Of a stretch of DNA of 32,000 nt, positions 23,730 through 31,937 are shown one piece after another. The notes under the pieces are model-generated. The model saw only the letters and a program-made list of their open reading frames with translations. It did no database searches and was not told the origin of the DNA. The stretch comes from Polynucleobacter paneuropaeus (GTDB lineage Bacteria > Pseudomonadota > Gammaproteobacteria > Burkholderiales > Burkholderiaceae), in assembly GCF_003261235.1 (NCBI RefSeq), contig NZ_CP030085.1, positions 1,779,988-1,811,987 of the forward strand, in the 5' to 3' direction. The position numbers and the translations under genes were made by a program. The number at the start of each line of letters is the position of its first letter. Position 1 is the first letter of the stretch.

Positions 23730-24041
23730 TTACCTATAGCCCAATACATCGTCTTGAGTTCTCTTTTGCCCCTCAAGGAATAGCTTAGTACATATCCCAG
23801 CGCCACTATGAAAACTTTGTTTTTTAGAGTCGACTTGCATTTGATACAAGGTATCAAAGCAATCCCTTCGATTAACGAACTTGAAGCTCTCTGTGTGGGT
23901 TTGCTTACCCTTGTAAAAATGAAAGAAATCTAAAGTCCAATACTTGTCGCCTTGAGCGGTTACAGTGGCTTGCTCTTTTTTAAGGGGTTCAGCACAAGAG
24001 CATAAGGCCATAACTAAAATGAGAATTATTAGTTTTTTCAT
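23730..24041 (-). CDS. Lipoprotein, unknown function
   Basis: 103-aa ORF, LVMALCSC lipobox. Last gene of a tightly packed six-gene minus-strand operon. Confidence 0.65.
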   Translation of the reverse strand: MKKLIILILVMALCSCAEPLKKEQATVTAQGDKYWTLDFFHFYKGKQTHTESFKFVNRRDCFDTLYQMQVDSKKQSFHSGAGICTKLFLEGQKRTQDDVLGYR

Positions 24042-24043
24042 TA

Positions 24044-24979
24044 TTAGTCTTCTAATACTAACCTCATGCCTGCCAAGACATAACGCGACTCTGGCGTATT
24101 CACATTTCTAAAAGAAGATCGACAGTACAAAGGCCATGAGTGCCAAGAACCTCCTCTCCTTACTCTCGCTTCACCAATATTGGGGCCCTGTGGGTCTATG
24201 GTTGGTGCGTATTGATAATAATTTTCAGCATACCAATCAGAGCACCATTCCCATACGTTTCCGATCATGTCATATAAACCAAATGGGTTTGGGAGAAAAC
24301 TACCAACGGGAGCGGCAAATTCATAATGACTCTGATAGTCAAGGGCATAACGTTGCCACTGCGGCCAAATCTTTGCGGTATCTAAATCAAACACTTTGGC
24401 ATATGAGGCAAGTGTATTGGGATTGTCGCCAGTAAAGTATCTGCTATCCGTCCCAGCTCTGCAGGCATATTCCCACTCCGCTTCGGTTGGCAGTCGATAC
24501 CTTTTGCCCTCTTTCTCGCTTAACCATCTGGCCATAGCATTAGCATCATTCCAAGTAATGTTAACTACTGGAAAATCCTCTTCTTGAGTAAATCCTGTTT
24601 TATCCCATGCATACCGATTATTGCGACCCTCAAAGACTTCGTCATCAATAGTCTTTAAGTGAGTATCCAGTGGGTTAAATCCATATCCACCAGTACCATC
24701 TTGGATCGATTCAGGCATATATCCGGAGTTGGTCAAAAATAATTCAAATTGCTTAATAGTGACTGGGTGCCGTCCCATCCAAAATGATCTAGTGATGACC
24801 GCTTTATGCAATGGGCTTTCATCATGAAATTCAGACAGCCGAGTTAATTCATATTGAGGAAAATCTTGTCTTAGAGAGTTTTCCGTTTCATTACTGCCCA
24901 TTAAGAAACTACCAGCAGGAATACAAGCAAATGCCATTCCTAAATGATTTTTAATTTCTTCCACAGAACCCATATTCAT
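24044..24979 (-). CDS. Formylglycine-generating-enzyme (SUMF1/EgtB/PvdO) family protein
   Basis: 311 aa. PVVNITWNDA, YRLPTEAEWEYACRAG, GNVWEWCSDW, RVRRGGSW are all hallmark FGE-sulfatase domain motifs. Confidence 0.9.
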   Translation of the reverse strand: MNMGSVEEIKNHLGMAFACIPAGSFLMGSNETENSLRQDFPQYELTRLSEFHDESPLHKAVITRSFWMGRHPVTIKQFELFLTNSGYMPESIQDGTGGYGFNPLDTHLKTIDDEVFEGRNNRYAWDKTGFTQEEDFPVVNITWNDANAMARWLSEKEGKRYRLPTEAEWEYACRAGTDSRYFTGDNPNTLASYAKVFDLDTAKIWPQWQRYALDYQSHYEFAAPVGSFLPNPFGLYDMIGNVWEWCSDWYAENYYQYAPTIDPQGPNIGEARVRRGGSWHSWPLYCRSSFRNVNTPESRYVLAGMRLVLED

Positions 24980-25305
24980 TAGCGACTCCTGCGCCCATAA
25001 CCAAAGTCTTTATCTGGCTTTTTAGCATCCACATCAGCACCTATGGCGCGCATTGGTTTTTGACAATGCGGGCACGTAATTCCATCCCATTCATCTAAAT
25101 ACTCGCCAGAGTGACAAACCCTACAAGAAAGATCCCCGAGATAAGAGCTTGATAGGCTTAAGGGATCGGTAACCTTATATTCCTCAACATCCTTACATTG
25201 TCGACAAATCATTGGCACGCTCAAATAGCTACCACTTTTTTCTCTACCAATTGAACATATACAGTCAAACTTGCAGGCAGGACAAACAAATTTATATCTA
25301 GCCAT
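24979..25305 (-). CDS. Double zinc-ribbon (4x CxxC) protein
   Basis: 108 aa with CPAC, CRQC, CRVC, CPHC. Its stop overlaps the FGE start by 1 nt. Confidence 0.7.
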   Translation of the reverse strand: MARYKFVCPACKFDCICSIGREKSGSYLSVPMICRQCKDVEEYKVTDPLSLSSSYLGDLSCRVCHSGEYLDEWDGITCPHCQKPMRAIGADVDAKKPDKDFGYGRRSR

Positions 25306-25317
25306 AAATCTATCGCA

Positions 25318-25839
25318 CTAATTCTTTTTAGATTGAATATCTAGACGCTTCATGCGAGCATCTTGAATCAGTAATTGCCTTTCTTGATTAGCAACTCCGA
25401 TAGTGATTTTTTTAGAAATGAGATCTGCATAAACGCCATCGATTTTTTTAAAGAACTCCTGATACACCGAAATCATCTCGGGACTTAATTCCTCTAGCGC
25501 AATAGGACGACAAGAATTAGCTTCAAGCAAGTAATTAGCTAATGCCTTAGCCTGTTGATCAGTTAATTTATCGGCTGAATTAAAGAGGGCTTGTGCATGC
25601 GGATTGTTCCTTGTAACAACGATGATCTGACTATCCACCAACAATGCATCTGCACTTTGATTACTGTTAACAATACAGTCATTAAGACGCTTTGCCACAG
25701 CACCAGTATGAACTGGAGCTATTGCAGTCATTGGTGCCGGCGCCTTAGCAACCTGTACTGGGTTATTGGGGGCAAAGTTTGTCGCACATCCACTTAAGAA
25801 AGCAATGCCTATCAAACTTATTTTGAATATGTTTTTCAT
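25318..25839 (-). CDS. Lipoprotein, unknown function
   Basis: 173 aa, IAFLSGC lipobox. Confidence 0.7.
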   Translation of the reverse strand: MKNIFKISLIGIAFLSGCATNFAPNNPVQVAKAPAPMTAIAPVHTGAVAKRLNDCIVNSNQSADALLVDSQIIVVTRNNPHAQALFNSADKLTDQQAKALANYLLEANSCRPIALEELSPEMISVYQEFFKKIDGVYADLISKKITIGVANQERQLLIQDARMKRLDIQSKKN

Positions 25840-25856
25840 TGAATAGCCTTTGAAGT

Positions 25857-26348
25857 TTAGCGATACACAAAATCAGCGCGGCGGTTTTCTTTAAATGCCG
25901 CTTCAGTTTGCGCTGGGTCAGCTGGCTTTTCTTTGCCAAAGCTCACTGCCTCTAGTTGAGACTCACTAACACCTTGAGAAACAAGCGCTTTCTTAACAGC
26001 TTCGGATCGCTTTTGGCCCAAGGCTAAGTTGTACTCAGCGGTTCCACGATCATCGGTATTACCTTGAATAATGACGGATGCCTTTTGCCTTTGAAATGCT
26101 TTCAAGTACGAAGCATGGGCAGAGATAGTAGAGGCATATTTTGGATCTAATGTATAGCTATCAAACTCAAAATAGATAGAACGCTTGCCATAAACGCTAG
26201 ACTTAGAATCGCTGATTGGATCATACGACATTGAGCCGCCAGCGTTGACAGTAGCAACACTATTAGCATCATCTAACTTAACGCTACTACAGGCGGAAAC
26301 AAATAAAACCAATAATGCCAATGGCAATATTTTTACAAACTTAAACAT
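25857..26348 (-). CDS. OmpA-domain peptidoglycan-associated lipoprotein (Pal-like)
   Basis: ORF 25857..26429. The start at 26348 gives MFKFVKILPLALLVLFVSAC (lipobox). C-terminal NTDDRGTAEYNLALGQKRSEAV is the OmpA-like PG-binding motif. Confidence 0.85.
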   Translation of the reverse strand: MFKFVKILPLALLVLFVSACSSVKLDDANSVATVNAGGSMSYDPISDSKSSVYGKRSIYFEFDSYTLDPKYASTISAHASYLKAFQRQKASVIIQGNTDDRGTAEYNLALGQKRSEAVKKALVSQGVSESQLEAVSFGKEKPADPAQTEAAFKENRRADFVYR

Positions 26349-26434
26349 GATGGAATTTCCCAAATACGGCTGAATAGGCTCAGCCATGCTATCAATAGGA
26401 TTGATCTTATTTAGACCAATCCCAACCAAGTAAA

Positions 26435-26788
26435 TTAGGTGTTAGCTTTGGGTGGTTTAAATGCTGAGTCGGGGAAATTTTGCGAAAACAAAACTTCATT
26501 AACGATAGAGAACGAAGCCACTGCAATCGATGGAGAGAAAACGGTAATTTCAATTTCGCTAATATTAGCTGTTACATGGCTCATGAGGTACATGGTATGA
26601 ACCTGCTCTTTGTCGTCAGCTGAGTCAGAGCTATTATGTGCTTGCTGTGACATTGAAGCATTGCTGTAGCTACCAGCAAGCTCTGCCCGCTCAATTGCGG
26701 ATTGAATAAAAATACTTCCTGCCGCCGCCTTAAACGCAATCAAGAAGAGGCATATAAATAAAACCAGCGTTTTTCTACGGGGCAACAT
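26435..26788 (-). CDS. Secreted/membrane-anchored hypothetical protein
   Basis: 117-aa ORF with an N-terminal hydrophobic signal. First gene of the six-gene operon. Confidence 0.55.
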   Translation of the reverse strand: MLPRRKTLVLFICLFLIAFKAAAGSIFIQSAIERAELAGSYSNASMSQQAHNSSDSADDKEQVHTMYLMSHVTANISEIEITVFSPSIAVASFSIVNEVLFSQNFPDSAFKPPKANT

Positions 26789-26817
26789 GGCTCAAATTCT
26801 ATACCCGATTACTAAAT

Positions 26818-27079
26818 TTGTCGTTTTAAACGACATTACAAGCACCGACCATGGACGAGCGTCTCTTAAATAGACACTGACCAGCACAGGGATGACAAAT
26901 CCCCTCGTTCAACAAACGTCCTTTTAAACGACATTCCGAGTCAAGGGAAGAGCTGGAAAACCAAGGGGAAATGGTGCCAGACCGCGGCTAACACTAGAGA
27001 TTCGATGGACCACTTCTAATGTTCGGAGAATTCTTGGTGGCCCGGGGCGGAATCGAACCAGGGCCGAGGATGCCCAATC
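26818..27079 (-). repeat. Full composite repeat (palindrome P, A', B, C', X, T) including T-element copy 10
   Basis: TGTCGTTTTAAACGACA (26818-26834), GTCTCTTAAATAGAC (26860-26874), CTGACCAGCACAGGGATGACAAATCCCC (26876-26903), GTCCTTTTAAACGAC (26917-26931), X module, core at 27035-27073. Confidence 0.85.
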
Positions 27080-27080
27080 A

Positions 27081-27392
27081 TTATTTCCTATTGGCCCCAT
27101 AAGTCTTATTAAGATAGTCGACTATGACTGGAACTTCCTCATCAGTAATGGGCGCCTTAAATACATTTTTCATCCTTAAAACTTGGGCATTCCAATAGCC
27201 AACTCCCGTATTGGGCGGTTGATATTCTGCATAGTGGGCAGAGTGACAGGTAGAGCATTTCTGTAAAGTCAGCTGATAGCCTGGCAAATCTGATGGCCTC
27301 CATAAAACAGTATCAGCTGGCAACTCAATCGTTTTAGCTTGTGCCATTTGTGCCAAAGCAAGAGCAGATAGAAGGAGGATAATTTTTTTCAT
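27081..27392 (-). CDS. sorB: Monoheme cytochrome c, SorB-like partner of the Mo-oxidoreductase
   Basis: ORF 27081..27434. The start at 27392 (MKKIILLLSALALAQMAQA) has AAGGAG upstream and lies 8 nt after the sorA stop. CSTCH heme-binding motif. Confidence 0.8.
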   Translation of the reverse strand: MKKIILLLSALALAQMAQAKTIELPADTVLWRPSDLPGYQLTLQKCSTCHSAHYAEYQPPNTGVGYWNAQVLRMKNVFKAPITDEEVPVIVDYLNKTYGANRK

Positions 27393-27402
27393 ATTCTTCT
27401 CC

Positions 27403-28626
27403 TTAAACCGCTGTGACTTTAACAGTCTCAACAATATTTCGCATATAGCCAGCCGGCATCCAACTTGCAGTCATCGGCTGAACTTGGCCAGCATGATTGA
27501 ATGCTCTAACCCTCAAGTCCAACATCCCTTTTTGTTTTGGCGTAAATTCAATGCGCCACTCTCTAAATGAGAAGCGACCTAGATCTTGGCCCAATCTTGC
27601 TTCTGTCCAATTTTGTCCATTGTCCTGCGAGAACAACACTTTCTTTATTCCAAAGCCAGCATCAAAGGCAATGCCTCGAGCTTGAACCGGCTTACCAACA
27701 GTGACAACGCTATTGTCTGTGAAGTTCGTAATGAATGAGCGGATAGTGAACTGATTAATAGGAATCGTTTTAGAAGGAGCAGTTCCAGGCGCAACACAGT
27801 TACAGTCATTATCAGGAATACGATAAGCAGGATTCATCCAGTAGCCGTTATAAACATCATCAACTACTTGTATTTCACTCAGGTGCTTAACCCAATAGGT
27901 TCCGTAGTAGCCGGGAACAATTAACTTGATTGGATAACCATTTAAGAAAGGAATATCTGTTCCATTCATTTGATAGGCAACCATGACATTGCCATCCATC
28001 GCGTGATCAATGTCCAAACCTTTTACGAAGTCTGAATCACTTGGCAATACTGGTTGATCTAAGCCATCAAAGGTCACTTGCTTGGCACCTCGACCAGGAT
28101 TGGCCGCCTTCAAAATATCCTTTAAGGCAACACCAACCCAAGCGGCATTACCCATGGCGCCATTACCAAGTTGCCCACCATTAACTCTAGGCTCAAATAA
28201 GCCACGACTATTACCAGAGCATTGATTAACAGCAACAATACGTTGAGCTGGAAAGTTTTTCTTTAAAGACTCCAGAGAAATCTCTAAAGGCTTTTCTACA
28301 TTGCCACCAACTTTTAGCCGATAAGTTTTAGGGTCAATGGATGTTGGAATGCCAGCCATGTGATAACGCACAAAGAATTCATCATTTGGCGTAATGACAT
28401 GATTGTCGTAATACTTAAATGGGGTTTCTAATTGCGGCGGCCGAGAAGTCAACACAATCATGGGCTTCTTTTCAGGAAAGGCCATGAGTTCGCGCTCACC
28501 ATAGGCTATGGGTAAATTCGTTTTCTCTACACCCATTGCCCAGGATGGCAATAATGAACTGGCTCCACCAGCCAAGGCCGCTGTAATGACTTTACGTCTA
28601 TTGGTAAAGTTTTCTGAATTCATCAA
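27403..28626 (-). CDS. sorA: Sulfite dehydrogenase / sulfite-oxidase-family molybdopterin subunit (SorA-like)
   Basis: 407 aa. Tat leader (NRRKVITAALAGGAS), a Mo-ligand cysteine context (NQCSGNSRG) and a C-terminal dimerisation-domain-like region. The start may be TTG 28626 or ATG 28623. Confidence 0.85.
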   Translation of the reverse strand: MMNSENFTNRRKVITAALAGGASSLLPSWAMGVEKTNLPIAYGERELMAFPEKKPMIVLTSRPPQLETPFKYYDNHVITPNDEFFVRYHMAGIPTSIDPKTYRLKVGGNVEKPLEISLESLKKNFPAQRIVAVNQCSGNSRGLFEPRVNGGQLGNGAMGNAAWVGVALKDILKAANPGRGAKQVTFDGLDQPVLPSDSDFVKGLDIDHAMDGNVMVAYQMNGTDIPFLNGYPIKLIVPGYYGTYWVKHLSEIQVVDDVYNGYWMNPAYRIPDNDCNCVAPGTAPSKTIPINQFTIRSFITNFTDNSVVTVGKPVQARGIAFDAGFGIKKVLFSQDNGQNWTEARLGQDLGRFSFREWRIEFTPKQKGMLDLRVRAFNHAGQVQPMTASWMPAGYMRNIVETVKVTAV

Positions 28627-28740
28627 TGTCTCCTCCGCCCATAGCTATCTGGGCATCATGTTGATCTGGATCAATATAGCCCATAAAGATAGTGCGTACG
28701 GGTAGGAGATACCCGCATAGACAGTGCCTTTATCACCAGC

Positions 28741-28812
28741 GTCGCTTAAATCGACACTTGACTGGCACAGGGATGACAAATTCCCCATTCACAAAGCGTC
28801 CTTTTAAAGGAC
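28741..28812 (-). repeat. Modules A-B-C only (no X or T)
   Basis: GTCGCTTAAATCGAC (28741-28755), TTGACTGGCACAGGGATGACAAATTCCCC, GTCCTTTTAAAGGAC (28798-28812). Confidence 0.85.
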
Positions 28813-28843
28813 GCTTTATATTTAAGCCGCTTTAATGTGAGGT

Positions 28844-29653
28844 CTATACCGCTTTATAAATTAGGTTCAGCGCCACCAAGAAAGTAAAAATGGCGAATAT
28901 CTGTTGCACTCTAGTGCCGCTGATCTTTTTCTCCATTAACTTTCCAAATACCAGCCCCATAAGTGATCCCAAAGCAAATAGGATGGCAATCTCTACATTC
29001 AGATTGCCTGAAGCCAATGACACAAGAGCGCCCCCTGAAGACACGATTGCTAGAACACCTAGAGAAGTGGCAACAATGGATTTCATTGGAAGGTCCGTGA
29101 ATTTCTTTAGTGAAGGCACTATGACAAAACCACCGCCAACTCCTAATAAGCCCGACAAGAAACCTGCAGTGAGTCCTGCATACATTAAAGATCTGGCGCA
29201 TGGGACTGTCCAAATCAATTTACTAATTGATAAATCCAACTGGCAAGGCGGCGGGGTTGCTGAAGTTGGTAATGTGCCATTGATAGTCTTATGGGCCTGT
29301 ATATATAGGCGCGCAGACACAAAAATTAAAATAGCACTGAATAGAAGTAACAAGGGAGCATTGGGCATCTTATTGGCAACCCATAGCCCAATAGGCGACA
29401 TGATGAGGCCAAAGATAGACATAAAAATCGCGGCTTTATAACGCAGCACTTTTTCTTTAAGTCCAATAATTGCGCCTACTGTAGCTGATAAGGCAATGGC
29501 ACATAATGCGATTGGACTTGCTTCAGCCATTGGTAAATGAACAAAGAAAACTAAAAGTGGCACTGAGAGTATTCCGCCTCCTGCTCCTGATAGCCCCATT
29601 AAGATCCCAACAAAGGCGCCTAGAGCAGGGATGATTAATATATGTAGGTCCAT
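28844..29653 (-). CDS. TauE/SafE-family permease, copy 2
   Basis: 269-aa paralog of 2308..3117. Confidence 0.9.
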   Translation of the reverse strand: MDLHILIIPALGAFVGILMGLSGAGGGILSVPLLVFFVHLPMAEASPIALCAIALSATVGAIIGLKEKVLRYKAAIFMSIFGLIMSPIGLWVANKMPNAPLLLLFSAILIFVSARLYIQAHKTINGTLPTSATPPPCQLDLSISKLIWTVPCARSLMYAGLTAGFLSGLLGVGGGFVIVPSLKKFTDLPMKSIVATSLGVLAIVSSGGALVSLASGNLNVEIAILFALGSLMGLVFGKLMEKKISGTRVQQIFAIFTFLVALNLIYKAV

Positions 29654-29719
29654 TAGTTGACTTGCAAGTGAAAGTTAATATTAATTGGCATTCGGGGTGT
29701 AGTGATCCTACAATGAATT

Positions 29720-30586
29720 ATGGAAAACGCCCCAATCGTCAAAACCTTTTTTGATGCGCCCACCTGGACCTTTACCCATGTGGTTTATGAAGAGCCAGGG
29801 AGTCAATGTGCAATTATCGATTCTGTGCTTAATTATGATCCTAAGTCAGGGCGAACAAGCACCCAATCAGCAGATGAGGTCATTGAATTTATTCGACATC
29901 AAAACTTGCAAGTTAATTGGATCTTAGAAACTCATGCTCATGCGGATCATCTAACGGCAGGTTCTTATATCAAGAAGCATGTTGGTGGCAAGCTGGCAAT
30001 TGGTAAGCACATCCAAGAAGTTCAAGCAGTTTTCAAAAACATTTTTCATTTAGAAGATGCATTTCAAGCTAACGGATCTCAATTTGACCATTTGATTGAA
30101 GCAGATGAAGAATTGCCTTTGGGTAACCTAAAAATGAAAGCACTATTTGTACCCGGACACACTCCAGCTTGCATGGCTTATGTAATAGGCGATGCTATTT
30201 TTGTGGGTGACACAATGTTTATGGCTGATGTTGGTACAGCTAGATGTGACTTTCCTGGTGGTGATGCACATGCTTTATATAAATCGGTAAAGAGAATATT
30301 AAGTTTTCCTGATGAGACTAGGCTATATATGTGTCATGACTACCCGCCAAATGATCGGGAAGTAGTCTATGTAACAACAGTTGGCGAAGAGCGTCAACAT
30401 AACATTCATATCCACGATGGCATTTCAGAACAAGACTTTGTGGCGATGAGAACAGCAAGAGACTCTACCTTAGAGATGCCCGTATTAATTTTGCCGTCAG
30501 TCCAAGTAAATATTCGTGCAGGTGAGTTTCCTCCCAAAGAGGCGAATGGTGTTTCTTATCTAAAGATTCCATTAAATTATTTATAA
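29720..30586 (+). CDS. MBL-fold metallo-hydrolase, copy 2
   Basis: 288-aa paralog of 3184..4059; THAHADH motif. Confidence 0.85.
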   Translation: MENAPIVKTFFDAPTWTFTHVVYEEPGSQCAIIDSVLNYDPKSGRTSTQSADEVIEFIRHQNLQVNWILETHAHADHLTAGSYIKKHVGGKLAIGKHIQEVQAVFKNIFHLEDAFQANGSQFDHLIEADEELPLGNLKMKALFVPGHTPACMAYVIGDAIFVGDTMFMADVGTARCDFPGGDAHALYKSVKRILSFPDETRLYMCHDYPPNDREVVYVTTVGEERQHNIHIHDGISEQDFVAMRTARDSTLEMPVLILPSVQVNIRAGEFPPKEANGVSYLKIPLNYL

Positions 30587-30603
30587 AGTGGCATTGCAGG
30601 GGC

Positions 30604-30657
30604 TTAATCAGTGCAGGGATGAATCATCCCCCCCACACAACTGTCCTTTTAAAGGAC
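30604..30657 (-). repeat. Modules B'-C
   Basis: TTAATCAGTGCAGGGATGAATCATCCCCCCC, then GTCCTTTTAAAGGAC (30643-30657). Confidence 0.8.
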
Positions 30658-30708
30658 GCTTATTGATGGGGATATCCGAGACTAATTACATCTAACCCCA
30701 CCAAGCCC

Positions 30709-30790
30709 AAAAGAAAATAGCCCAACAAGTGGGCTATTGAGATTCTTGGTGGCCCGGGGCGGAATCGACCAGGGCTGAGGATGTCTGATC
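30709..30790 (-). repeat. T-element copy 11
   Basis: Hairpin 30717-30737, core 30747-30785. GATCAGACATCC follows the TAG stop of 30791..31222 directly (minus-strand reading). Confidence 0.9.
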
Positions 30791-31222
30791 CTAGCTAGCT
30801 TGCTTGTGCCACTTCTGCTTTTCCTCGGGGCTCATATTTTCCCATTTGGCTTTACGGGCCTTCATCTCAGCCTGCTCTTCAGGCGTTAGTCCATCAAAGA
30901 AAGTCTTTCTCTCTGCTTTCATTTTCTCTTTTTGCTCAGGAGTAATTGATTGCCATTGAGCCTTCATTTTCTCGTGAACCAACTTGCGATCTTCAGGGCT
31001 TAAAGCCTTCATTTGATCGCGCATCTTATGCCAGTATTCTTTACGCTCTTCTGGAGTAGCCTTAAGTAATGCGGCATCTGTTTGTTTCATTTGCTCAAGG
31101 CGCTGATCAAATGTTAGGTTGATGTTTGCCAACGGATTTGGTGGTTCAGGTATCGCCGCACCGGCCAAAGAAAATACAGACATACCAAATAGCAGTCCCA
31201 CTACAAATTTCTTAGAACTCAT
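30791..31222 (-). CDS. Periplasmic repeat protein (Spy/CpxP- or DUF3106-like W..(S/T)PE motifs)
   Basis: 143 aa with a signal peptide and four repeats of the type (S/T)PE(D/E/Q)..(K/E)(M/W/L). Confidence 0.65.
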   Translation of the reverse strand: MSSKKFVVGLLFGMSVFSLAGAAIPEPPNPLANINLTFDQRLEQMKQTDAALLKATPEERKEYWHKMRDQMKALSPEDRKLVHEKMKAQWQSITPEQKEKMKAERKTFFDGLTPEEQAEMKARKAKWENMSPEEKQKWHKQAS

Positions 31223-31287
31223 AACTCCCCCTCTTGTTAGTTATTCCTCATTCTAGCCCCGACTAACGAATCCTCATCCCCCCGACC

Positions 31288-31372
31288 AAAAGAAAATAGC
31301 CCAACAAGTGGGCTATTGAGATTCTTGGTGGCCCGGGGCGGAATCGACCAGGGCCTCAGGAGACTCGCATCC
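31288..31372 (-). repeat. T-element copy 12
   Basis: Hairpin ATAGCCCAACAAGTGGGCTAT; core from 31326. The distal part diverges (GGGCCTCAGGAGACTCGCATCC). Confidence 0.9.
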
Positions 31373-31382
31373 TACCTCTAGA

Positions 31383-31601
31383 CTACTTCCAGCTAAGGTT
31401 CAGCTTCTTATGCGAAGCGGCACAATCTCTCAAATAGAGATTAATGAGGCTTTGATAAGGAATTCCAACTTCTTCTGATACAGATTTGAAGTAACTCACT
31501 GAATCCTCATCCAATCTAATGGTAATGGGCTTCTTGAGCACAGAAGCATATGGGTTTTTACGAGCCTTTGAGAAATCATATTCTTTACGCATCTTCATCA
31601 C
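31383..31601 (-). CDS. brnA: BrnA-family antitoxin
   Basis: 72 aa. NPYA...ITIRLDEDSVSYFK...GIPYQSLINLYLR matches the BrnA pattern. Lies 2 nt downstream of brnT. Confidence 0.85.
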   Translation of the reverse strand: MMKMRKEYDFSKARKNPYASVLKKPITIRLDEDSVSYFKSVSEEVGIPYQSLINLYLRDCAASHKKLNLSWK

Positions 31602-31603
31602 CT

Positions 31604-31897
31604 TTAATAAGCTTTTGACTCTTTAGGGGTTGCCTTACGAGCCGAAATAATACGAACGACATTACCCTCGCTTCGATAGCAATGGCAAACCAAAATCACA
31701 CGAAGAGAATGGCTTACTCCCAGCAAGATAAATCTGTCTTCATCCTCCGAATGATCGGGGTCGGAAATTAACTTAGCACTTTCATCATAAAACACAGATT
31801 TCGCCTCTTCAAAAGAAATACCGTGTTTCTTTAGATTGGCCGAAGCTTTTCTGGGCTCCCATTCAAATCGTAACAAAGTCATATGTACATTGTACAT
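31604..31897 (-). CDS. brnT: BrnT-family toxin (DUF497 ribonuclease)
   Basis: 97 aa. FEWEPRKASANLKKHGISFEEA..VF.D, E.RF...G and RIISARKAT..E match DUF497. The true start may be the ATG at 31882. Confidence 0.85.
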   Translation of the reverse strand: MYNVHMTLLRFEWEPRKASANLKKHGISFEEAKSVFYDESAKLISDPDHSEDEDRFILLGVSHSLRVILVCHCYRSEGNVVRIISARKATPKESKAY

Positions 31898-31937
31898 ATA
31901 TTAATTAGAAGGAGCAAGTCCGCCTGACCAAAAGAAA

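Noticed and set aside
24136-25797. ORFs 24136..24435, 24396..24587, 25591..25797, 11563..11763, 27497..27685, 8499..8795
   Set aside because: They are antisense to longer ORFs that have clear domain signatures or operon context.
26965-26982. Sigma-54 promoter in module X (minus strand CTGGCACCATTTCCCCTTGG; also in 4540-4560 and 23350-23370)
   Set aside because: The TGGCAC -24 element is present, but the -12 position reads CC instead of the required GC (TTGC).
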